A stretch of DNA of 41,776 nt from Candidatus Saccharibacteria bacterium RIFCSPHIGHO2_12_FULL_41_12 (GTDB lineage: Bacteria > Patescibacteriota > Saccharimonadia > Saccharimonadales > 2-12-FULL-41-12): positions 17,030 through 58,805 of the forward strand of contig MGCQ01000007.1 of assembly GCA_001790445.1 (NCBI GenBank), written 5' to 3'. The translations under genes and the position numbers were made by a program. Under the pieces are notes generated by a model, which was given only the letters and a program-made list of their open reading frames with translations, had not been told where the DNA came from and searched no databases. The number at the start of each line of letters is the position of its first letter. Position 1 is the stretch's first letter. Below, one piece after another: positions 27,795 through 36,048 of this stretch.

Positions 27795-28667
27795 ATGTAT
27801 TCTGAAATAGCTAGCAATAAACGTAAAACTTTCTATATCTTTATCTTTTTCATGTTGGTAGTTGGCGTTATGGCGTGGCTGGTTAGTGGATATCTTGGTT
27901 CGACTTATATCACCCCATATGTTCTTATCGGATGCTTGGTTTATGCGGTCATAACTTATTATTCAGGCGCCAAAATGGCTACCGCTGTCAACGGCGCCAA
28001 ACAAATAGAAAAAAATGACAACCCAAGACTCTGGCGAATAGTCGAAAACTTGGCTATAACTGACGGATTACCTATGCCAAAGGTCTATATCATGGACGAC
28101 CCAGCACCGAACGCCTTTGCCACTGGTCGGGATCCAAACCACGCTATAGTCTGCGCGACTACTGGGCTTTTGGATATGATGGATGATAAGGAACTCCAAG
28201 GAGTGATGGCTCACGAACTTGGGCATGTCAAAAACTACGACATTAGAGTATCTATGTATGCATTTGCTCTGGTCGCGGTCATAGCAGTTTTGGCAGATGT
28301 TATTATGTACACATTTTGGTTTAGAGATAACGACAATAATAACAACGGTATATTTATGATTATTGGCATTGTTGCAGCAATTATCGCACCAATTGTTGCT
28401 GGCATGATTCAGATGGCAATTTCACGCAAAAGAGAATATTTAGCAGACGCTGATGGCGTGCTCTCTACCAGATACCCAGAAGGCCTGGCTTCTGCTCTTG
28501 AGAAAATTGGCAAGACAGGTAGTGCTACTCAGAAACAAAACACAGCAACAGCACATTTGTTTTTTGCTAGTCCGCTCAAGAAAAGGACTTTGACAGGATT
28601 ATTTAGTACGCACCCACCTATTGAAGACAGAGTTGCTCGGATTCGCAATATGGGAACAAAAGCGTAA
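27795..28667 (+). CDS. htpX: M48 zinc metalloprotease HtpX
   Basis: PNAFATG, HELGH, SRKREY.AD, FSTHPP. Confidence 0.93.
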   Translation: MYSEIASNKRKTFYIFIFFMLVVGVMAWLVSGYLGSTYITPYVLIGCLVYAVITYYSGAKMATAVNGAKQIEKNDNPRLWRIVENLAITDGLPMPKVYIMDDPAPNAFATGRDPNHAIVCATTGLLDMMDDKELQGVMAHELGHVKNYDIRVSMYAFALVAVIAVLADVIMYTFWFRDNDNNNNGIFMIIGIVAAIIAPIVAGMIQMAISRKREYLADADGVLSTRYPEGLASALEKIGKTGSATQKQNTATAHLFFASPLKKRTLTGLFSTHPPIEDRVARIRNMGTKA

Positions 28668-28679
28668 AAGGGACTATTT

Positions 28680-29636
28680 GTGGTTAAAAAAGAGACAAAA
28701 CCAGCCACAAAAACTAAACCCTCAGCAAAAGTTCGCAAAAGAAAAGAATCTGGACATCGATCTTTTAAGGTCAGCCCCAAAAAATTTCTTACCCGGCAGG
28801 TCAAACTAAGCGGGTCCTGGCAGCTGTTGCGTGAATCTTGGAAGTTAATAATTTCAAACAAAAAAATCTTTTTAGGACTTATTGCCTTGTTCACCCTGTT
28901 GCAGCTACTCGTCATCCTCCTTTTTGGTGCTGGCCTAGACTTAAATAGCTCGAAACAGCAGATAAAAGAAATGTTAGGCTCTCAGGCTCCGGCATACTCT
29001 GTGGCGTATTCTCTGGTTAACTATTTGGTTATTTCAGTGCAACAGAGAAACAATGAGATAGTCGGAGTTTATCAGAATTTTATAACAGTTATATTTATGT
29101 TGGCAGCTATATGGGCGGTTCGTCAACGAACAGCAAACCAGAGATTTCGTTTTAGCGATATGTTTTACAAAAGCCAATATCCTCTTTTGCAATTTTTGGT
29201 GGTTCTTTTCATCCTAGGATTATCGATGATCCCTTTGATGATTGCGGGTTTTTTGTACACAACAACTATCGTGGGAGGGCTGGCTGTCACTCCCATAGAA
29301 CAAATTCTTTGGGTTTTTCTTTGCATATTGTTAGTCATACTAACAATATATTTATTGCTACCCGGGTTGCTGGCCATCTATATAGTGACATTGCCAGAAG
29401 TTTCACCACGAGCAGCTTATTCATCAGCCTGGAAATTATTAGAAAATCGCCGTCTTGGAGTCGGGATTAGGCTAGTTGCCGGCTATGTTTTTGTCTTTGT
29501 TATTAGCGGTATTTTGATTACGATACTCAGTTATTTGCTTACGTCTGCTAGCGAGTTAATATTTTATTTTGTTACTTTCGTCTCACTACTTGTTATCAAC
29601 ATTTATAGCTACAAGTTATATAGGGAACTGCTCTAA
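28680..29636 (+). CDS. hypothetical multi-pass membrane protein
   Basis: basic N-terminus, ~6 TM segments, between htpX and ligA. Confidence 0.7.
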   Translation: MVKKETKPATKTKPSAKVRKRKESGHRSFKVSPKKFLTRQVKLSGSWQLLRESWKLIISNKKIFLGLIALFTLLQLLVILLFGAGLDLNSSKQQIKEMLGSQAPAYSVAYSLVNYLVISVQQRNNEIVGVYQNFITVIFMLAAIWAVRQRTANQRFRFSDMFYKSQYPLLQFLVVLFILGLSMIPLMIAGFLYTTTIVGGLAVTPIEQILWVFLCILLVILTIYLLLPGLLAIYIVTLPEVSPRAAYSSAWKLLENRRLGVGIRLVAGYVFVFVISGILITILSYLLTSASELIFYFVTFVSLLVINIYSYKLYRELL

Positions 29637-29648
29637 AGAAGAAATTTT

Positions 29649-31646
29649 ATGAATTTGAAACAAGCCAAGCAACGAATAGTCAAACTTCGAGAAATTATTG
29701 ATGAGTATCGATATAACTATCATGTGTTAGACAAATCTATTATGAACGAAGAAGCAGCGGATAGCCTTAAACACGAACTAGAACGTATTGAATCACAGTT
29801 TCCTGAGTTAATAACCAGCGACAGCCCAACTCAAAGAGTTGCCGGTAGCCCATCAAATAAATTCAAAAAGGTAACGCATAGTAGGAGGATGCTTAGTCTA
29901 AATGATGTTTTTGACCTGGATGAAGTACAAAAATGGTCAGAACGCGCCACAAAACTTCTTGAAGGTGAGAAACTTGAGTATTTTGCAGATCTTAAGATGG
30001 ATGGGTTAGCCTGTAGCCTAGTCTATGAAGACGGCATGTTAACGGTTGGGGCTACTCGTGGTGATGGATACGTCGGTGAAGACGTGACTACAAACATTAG
30101 AACGATTCAGTCAATCCCTCTTGTTTTAAGGCAAAAAATCCCCGGACGTGTTGAGGTGCGAGGAGAAATAGTCATGTATAAAAAAGACTTTGAACAACTC
30201 AATAGCAGGCTGGAAAAAGTCGGCGAAAAGCCATATGCCAATCCACGAAATTTGAGTGCTGGAACTATTCGTCAACTTGATCCTAGCGTTGTGGCTTCCA
30301 GAAAATTATATTTCCATGCTTTTAGTTTGGTGTCAGAAAATATAAATACAAAAACTTGGCAACAAAACTATGAAACTCTGCAAATGTTAGGTTTTCGTGT
30401 GGGGGATAATCACGCCGTGTTAAAAAATGTTAAGGCGCTTTGGGAATTTGCGGAATCCTGGCGAGATAAAAGACTGGATTTGGAATATTTTACAGATGGG
30501 ATGGTTGTCAAAATCAATTCGCTTGATCAATTTGCAAGACTGGGTGTTGTTGGTAAAGCACCGCGCGCGGCAGTAGCGATAAAGTTTCCAGCAGAAGAGG
30601 CAACCAGTATTATTCGTGACATAGTTATTAGCATTGGCAGGACGGGTGCGGCAACGCCAGTAGCTGTTTTTGACCCAGTTATTATTGCTGGCACTACAGT
30701 GAGACATGCCAGCTTGCATAATTCCGACGAGATTAAGCGCAAAGATATCCGGATAGGTGACACAATAATCGTCTATAAAGCTGGAGATATTATTCCACAG
30801 GTAGAATCTGTAATTGAAAAACTCAGACCAAAAAACTCTAAAAAATTTGATTTTGAGCATGAACTCAAACGGCAATATTCTGATTTGCAATTTGAAAGAC
30901 ACGAAGGAGACGTAGTTTGGCGAGTCAAGGGACTAACAGGACCCCTGATTTTAAAGAGAGGTCTAGAACATTTTGCTAACAAGGGAGCTCTCAATATAGA
31001 AGGACTCGGAGAGAAAAATGTTGAGGCCTTAGTCGATAATAAACTAGTTTCATCTATTGCAGATATTTATAAACTCAGCAAAAAAGATATTTTGAGCCTT
31101 GATAGATTTGCTGAGTTGTCAGCAGATAATTTGATAAAGGCTATAGGCGAGACCAAGAATCCACCATTGCCAAAATTTATCTTTGGACTAGGAATCCGAC
31201 ATGTAGGAGCGCAGACAGCGATTGATTTGGCAGAAAATTTTAAAAGTTTGGATAAGCTATCAGAAGCAACTTTAGATGAACTACTTAATATTGAAGGAAT
31301 TGGCGACGTTGTCGCAGAATCGATAATTGCATGGTTCGCAGATCCGGATAACATAGAGCTTTTGAAGACATTCGAGAACTTAGGTGTAGAGCCACAGTTT
31401 ATTGAGCTTACAAACGCTCCATTATCTGGACAGAGTTTTGTGATTACTGGCACGCTGGAATTTATGAGTCGCGACGAGGCAGGTGATAAGATCAGAGCTC
31501 TCGGTGGGACATTCCAATCCTCAGTAGGAAAAGGTACAACCTATCTTGTAATGGGGAAAAACGCTGGCGCTTCAAAGGCTGAAAAAGCCAAAAAATTAGA
31601 TATCAAAGTGATTGATGAGCCAGAACTCTTAAATATGTTACAATAA
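29649..31646 (+). CDS. ligA: NAD-dependent DNA ligase
   Basis: KMDG, TRGDG..GEDVT, EVRGE, ANPRN, DGMVVK, HhH repeats, BRCT. Confidence 0.97.
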   Translation: MNLKQAKQRIVKLREIIDEYRYNYHVLDKSIMNEEAADSLKHELERIESQFPELITSDSPTQRVAGSPSNKFKKVTHSRRMLSLNDVFDLDEVQKWSERATKLLEGEKLEYFADLKMDGLACSLVYEDGMLTVGATRGDGYVGEDVTTNIRTIQSIPLVLRQKIPGRVEVRGEIVMYKKDFEQLNSRLEKVGEKPYANPRNLSAGTIRQLDPSVVASRKLYFHAFSLVSENINTKTWQQNYETLQMLGFRVGDNHAVLKNVKALWEFAESWRDKRLDLEYFTDGMVVKINSLDQFARLGVVGKAPRAAVAIKFPAEEATSIIRDIVISIGRTGAATPVAVFDPVIIAGTTVRHASLHNSDEIKRKDIRIGDTIIVYKAGDIIPQVESVIEKLRPKNSKKFDFEHELKRQYSDLQFERHEGDVVWRVKGLTGPLILKRGLEHFANKGALNIEGLGEKNVEALVDNKLVSSIADIYKLSKKDILSLDRFAELSADNLIKAIGETKNPPLPKFIFGLGIRHVGAQTAIDLAENFKSLDKLSEATLDELLNIEGIGDVVAESIIAWFADPDNIELLKTFENLGVEPQFIELTNAPLSGQSFVITGTLEFMSRDEAGDKIRALGGTFQSSVGKGTTYLVMGKNAGASKAEKAKKLDIKVIDEPELLNMLQ

Positions 31647-31660
31647 TCGTTAATTGTTGA

Positions 31661-31737
31661 GGGGCTATGGCGCAGTTGGCTAGCGCGTTTGTATGGCATA
31701 CAAAAGGTCGCCGGTTCGAACCCGGCTAGCTCCACCA
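31661..31737 (+). tRNA. tRNA-Ala(GGC)
   Basis: ggggcta/tagctcc acceptor with G3:U70, AT-GGC-AT loop, CCA. Confidence 0.95.
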
Positions 31738-31767
31738 AAATTTTAATGATATAATATAATTACAAAT

Positions 31768-32655
31768 ATGAAAAAGATCAACACCGTGGACATAGCTTCC
31801 AAAATATCAATGAAGACAGTTTTTTTTCTTTCGTTAGCCTTGCTAATCATTAGCAGCGTGGCTTATTGGAAGTATGTCGTCAATAATCCAGATAGAGTGT
31901 TTGAAGCAATGCTTAAAAATAGCCTTCAGACAAAAAGCCTAACAAAAACCATAGGGCAAGAAGAGCAAGGCGACTCCAACAATCAGACAATTGTTCTAAA
32001 GTTTTCACCTTCTGTAGGAGTAGCATCAAAATATGATCTTCAAAAAGGTCAAGGCGAACAATATGTTGGCACTCAGACAAATGTTATTGGAACAAAAACA
32101 GCAGATTATATCCAGTACAGCAAGATTGAATCATCTCAAGTGTCAGAAGCAAAAAAGAAAGACATAGTAGGCGTGTGGGCCAAAGTTGGCGATGAAAAGT
32201 CAGGTCAAAAGCCTAGTGTTTTTAATGATGCGCTTTTTGGGGTAATTTTGTTTGGCGATTTGGGAGATAACACTGCAAGCAGTATCGTCAGCCAACTTAC
32301 ATCTAGCGATGTCTATGGGATCGACAAGTATTCAACAACTTTTAGTGGAGGCAGGCTTGTTGGTAACTTTAGTATTAAACTTAAACCAAAAAATTTAGTT
32401 GATTCAATCAAGTACTATGCCCAGCAAACAGGCTACGCTAGCGCAGAAGGGCTTGGAGCAGAGGGTGTAAGCAACGAGCCAATTTCGCTTGATATCACAA
32501 TTGATTTAGTTTCTCGCCAGGTGAAAGAAATTAGTTTTGCGGGGGGGCAGAGGATAGAGAAGTACGGATCTTTTGGGCAATATAACGGCATAACTGTCCC
32601 AAATAATCCAATTTCTTTTAGTGAACTTTCTACCAGGCTTCAATCTACTCGATAA
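31768..32655 (+). CDS. membrane-anchored extracytoplasmic hypothetical protein
   Basis: single N-terminal TM then N.P..V......N.L, similar architecture to 24286..25449. Confidence 0.7.
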   Translation: MKKINTVDIASKISMKTVFFLSLALLIISSVAYWKYVVNNPDRVFEAMLKNSLQTKSLTKTIGQEEQGDSNNQTIVLKFSPSVGVASKYDLQKGQGEQYVGTQTNVIGTKTADYIQYSKIESSQVSEAKKKDIVGVWAKVGDEKSGQKPSVFNDALFGVILFGDLGDNTASSIVSQLTSSDVYGIDKYSTTFSGGRLVGNFSIKLKPKNLVDSIKYYAQQTGYASAEGLGAEGVSNEPISLDITIDLVSRQVKEISFAGGQRIEKYGSFGQYNGITVPNNPISFSELSTRLQSTR

Positions 32656-32727
32656 TATACTTAAAGTGATTTGCTATCTTGGTAAACAATATACTAAAAC
32701 TGCTCTAAACTGGTTTATAATAAGTAG

Positions 32728-33978
32728 GTGCTAAAGAAATTATTAAAATCAATCGTTGTCAGAATAGAATATTATTTTGTTGCGAAATTATTATCAAAAA
32801 ACCCTAATGTTAAAGTTGTAGGAGTTGTTGGTAGTGTTGGCAAAAGTGGCACAAAAAAAGCTGTGTTTACTGTGCTGGATCAAAAATACTCAGTTGCGTG
32901 GCAAGACGGCAATTATAACGATATTGTAACTATTCCGTTAGTGTTTTTTGGTCTTGGTTTGCCATCTCTTTTCAACCCATTTGCTTGGTTGACGGTGTTT
33001 TATAAAATGAGAAGATCAATACATAATTATTCTAACGATGTTGTAGTATTGGAACTGGGGACAGACGGTCCGGGCCAAATTTCAGAATTTGCCAAGTATC
33101 TAAAGCTTGATATTGCTATCGTTACTCATATATCAGAGGAACATATGGAATATTTCCAGACACTTGAAGCTGTGGCACAGGAAGAGTTAGACGTTCAGCA
33201 CTACGCAAAAGCTTTAATCGTCGAAGCTACTAGTGCTAGCAAATTTAGTAAATATATAACAGTAGAATATAAAACCTTTGGACCTGAGACCGACGCATAT
33301 GCTCATTTTGTGGTAGAAGGGCGCAATCTAGATATATTTATTGGTAGTAAAGTTTTTGCCTGTCAGTCCAACATTATTGGGGTGCACCAAATGAACAATC
33401 TTGTCGCAGCAGCTCTTGTTGCTGAATATATGGATCTAGAGGACTCCCAGATAGAAAATGGTGTCAGCTCTGTGTTGCCTATGGCGGGCAGGATGAACCT
33501 GTTTGAGGGCAAAGACGGCAGTCTAATAGTCGACGATACTTACAACTCTAGTCCTGATGCGGTGGTTAGGGCAATTAATTATCTTGCTTCTCTTGATATG
33601 CACAATAAGATCGCTGTAATAGGTAATATGAATGAGATGGGGGAGATGTCTTCTAAGCTTCACTACAAAGTTGGCGCTCAAGTCGCTACTAGGGATTTTA
33701 CCGAGGTACTAACGATAGGGGTCGATGCAAACGAACATTTAGCAACAGCTATTGAGAGTTCCGGGCAAAAAGTTCAGAGATTTGATTCCCCTTACGCCGT
33801 CGGCAAATATCTTGCCCAAAAAGATTTAAAAGATACAGCTATATTGTTCAAAGGTTCACAAAACGGAGTATATCTCGAAGAAGCGATCAAATATATTTTG
33901 GCCAATAAAGATGATAAGATGAATCTGGTGCGCCAATCAAAGCAGTGGCTGAACAAAAAGAAAAAGAGTTTTAAATAA
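32728..33978 (+). CDS. murF: MurF-like Mur ligase
   Basis: GSVGKSGTK, LELGTDGPG, DDTYNSSP, G.M.E.G, LFKGS; upstream of ddl. Confidence 0.85.
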   Translation: MLKKLLKSIVVRIEYYFVAKLLSKNPNVKVVGVVGSVGKSGTKKAVFTVLDQKYSVAWQDGNYNDIVTIPLVFFGLGLPSLFNPFAWLTVFYKMRRSIHNYSNDVVVLELGTDGPGQISEFAKYLKLDIAIVTHISEEHMEYFQTLEAVAQEELDVQHYAKALIVEATSASKFSKYITVEYKTFGPETDAYAHFVVEGRNLDIFIGSKVFACQSNIIGVHQMNNLVAAALVAEYMDLEDSQIENGVSSVLPMAGRMNLFEGKDGSLIVDDTYNSSPDAVVRAINYLASLDMHNKIAVIGNMNEMGEMSSKLHYKVGAQVATRDFTEVLTIGVDANEHLATAIESSGQKVQRFDSPYAVGKYLAQKDLKDTAILFKGSQNGVYLEEAIKYILANKDDKMNLVRQSKQWLNKKKKSFK

Positions 33979-34874
33979 TGAAAGTTTTAGTAATCGGCGG
34001 TGGTATTGGCGGCGAAAGAGAGGTGTCACTAAATTCTGCTCGCTATATTTTTGACGCAATAAATTCGAGTCATCAAAAAACATTTTATGACTGGGACGGC
34101 AAACAACAATGGTTGGATGAGAACTTAAATAAATATGACGTGGTGTTGCCGATTTTGCATGGAGAAGGGGGGGAGGATGGACAAATACAAGCCATTCTGG
34201 AAAAGCACAATACAAAATATTTAGGTTCTGACGAAGCTTGTAGCAAATTATGCATTAACAAAGACAGCACACAGAAAGTGTTGAAGGCGGATAATATCTT
34301 AGTCCCGCGCTACAGAGTTATGTCTTGGGAGGAATATCAAGAAAGTGATATCGCGCATAATCCACACGTTATTAAGCCAGTAGATGGTGGTTCTAGTCTG
34401 GATACTTTCATAGATGTTAGAACACATGACCCAAGATTAAGCCAAATCAAGGAAGTCTTTGACAACTACAAAACTCTTATGGTAGAAGAGTTTATTAATG
34501 GCATTGAAGTGACTGTACCAGTGCTTGAGGGGCAAGAGTTGCCATTGATAGAAATTATTCCTCCAGAAGGGGAGTTTTTTGACTATGATAATAAATATAA
34601 CGGACAGACTAAGGAGCTTTGTCCAAGCGTTAATGTCTCGAAAGAGCTGCAAGAAAAAGCACAGAAAATTGCTCAACGTTGTCACGTAGCACTGGGGTGT
34701 CGCCACTTATCCAGAGTAGATATGATCATAGATCGTTATGGGCAAATATATACTCTTGAAATTAATACTATGCCCGGGCTAACCAACCAAAGCTTGTTCC
34801 CTAAGGCTGCGCAGGTGGTGGGGCTAAGTATGCCTGATTTAGTAGAGTGTCTGCTCCGCCAAGTAGCGAATTAG
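33978..34874 (+). CDS. ddl: D-alanine--D-alanine ligase
   Basis: GG...EREVSL.S, LHG..GEDG, KP..GGSS, FDY..KY, EINTMPG. Confidence 0.95.
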   Translation: MKVLVIGGGIGGEREVSLNSARYIFDAINSSHQKTFYDWDGKQQWLDENLNKYDVVLPILHGEGGEDGQIQAILEKHNTKYLGSDEACSKLCINKDSTQKVLKADNILVPRYRVMSWEEYQESDIAHNPHVIKPVDGGSSLDTFIDVRTHDPRLSQIKEVFDNYKTLMVEEFINGIEVTVPVLEGQELPLIEIIPPEGEFFDYDNKYNGQTKELCPSVNVSKELQEKAQKIAQRCHVALGCRHLSRVDMIIDRYGQIYTLEINTMPGLTNQSLFPKAAQVVGLSMPDLVECLLRQVAN

Positions 34875-34912
34875 AGCACCCTATTATTTGTTTGATCTGT
34901 TAAAATAGTTAT

Positions 34913-35821
34913 ATGGCGGATTTTAAAAACAAAAAGGTTTTTTACGGCGATAAATTTATTCCATTTGGCCAAGCGAACTTGAGCATTGCCAGCTCCGCCG
35001 TTTTATATGGTTTAAGTGTTTATACAGTTTTTCCGATCAATAAAACCACTAAAGGTCTGGCGGCTTTTCGGCTTAATGAGCATTTTAGTAGGCTTGTCGA
35101 TTCAGCTCACATTATTGGTATGGATAGTTTTGCGGGTCAATGGACATATAATAAATTTTTAAATAAAGTTAAAGAACTTGCCTCGGTTAACGGAGTTGAT
35201 GAGGATGTTTTTGTCAGGGCGAGTGTTCACATTGACGCAATTCTTCCAGGTACAAAATCTAGAGGTCTCTCTCACGTGCTGAGTATGTTTATATATCCCA
35301 GTGAGCCCATAGTCCCTCAGAGTGGATGTAGACTCAAAACAAGCCTTTGGCGACGTGTTTCCGATAATTCTATCCCTGCACGCGCAAAAGTAAATGGGGC
35401 ATACGTTAATTCCGTGCTGGCCAAACAAGATGCTATCGATAGCGGCTACGATGATTGTGTTTTCTTAGACACGGCGGGACATGTTTGCGAATCCAGCGCA
35501 GCCAATATATTTTTAATTCGGGATGGTGTGTTGATTACGCCTGATACGACTAGCGATTTACTTGAGGGGATAAATCGTAAAACCGTCATTCATATAGCAA
35601 AAGATCTTGGTATCCCTGTAGAGCAACGATTGGTTGATCTAACAGAGCTGTATATCGCGGATGAGGTCTTTTTGTGTGGTACTTCAGCCTACATCGCACC
35701 AGTTATAGAGATTGACTCAAGAAAAATATCTACCAGCAACCCGCAAATAGTTCAAAAGATACAAGAGAAGTATCAATATGTTACGCATTCAGCAGATTCT
35801 AAATTCCTCCAGTTTCTGTAA
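34913..35821 (+). CDS. class IV PLP aminotransferase (IlvE/Dat family)
   Basis: AKVNGAYVNS, E.S.ANIF, LLEGI.R, ADEVFLCGT. Confidence 0.9.
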   Translation: MADFKNKKVFYGDKFIPFGQANLSIASSAVLYGLSVYTVFPINKTTKGLAAFRLNEHFSRLVDSAHIIGMDSFAGQWTYNKFLNKVKELASVNGVDEDVFVRASVHIDAILPGTKSRGLSHVLSMFIYPSEPIVPQSGCRLKTSLWRRVSDNSIPARAKVNGAYVNSVLAKQDAIDSGYDDCVFLDTAGHVCESSAANIFLIRDGVLITPDTTSDLLEGINRKTVIHIAKDLGIPVEQRLVDLTELYIADEVFLCGTSAYIAPVIEIDSRKISTSNPQIVQKIQEKYQYVTHSADSKFLQFL

Positions 35822-35873
35822 GAAGTAAATTATAGTTAAGTTAGCCCTGATCTGTTAAAATATGTGTTATGAA

Positions 35874-36048
35874 TACAACCTTTGCACTTGAGTATAGAAT
35901 TAACTTTCTCTTTGAGAAATGGAACAAGTCGTACATACGGTACGACGAAGTGAATCTCGCAGAAGAAAAGTTAATTCTATGCCAAGAGCCTTTTCGGTGC
36001 AACCCTGAGTTGTCTGGGTTGGCAGGGAGAGGCGGTGCATAGGTTGTG
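35874..36048 (+). promoter_or_regulatory. structured three-way-junction leader upstream of leuS
   Basis: closing stem 35874-88/36034-48; 16-bp stem 35892-907/35967-82; stem 35988-95/36026-33; G-U pairs favour the + strand. Confidence 0.7.

Noticed and set aside
35869-36045. T-box riboswitch or Leu-codon attenuator
   Set aside because: No UGGNACC T-box bulge or terminator U-tract; Leu codons in the uORF are scattered.
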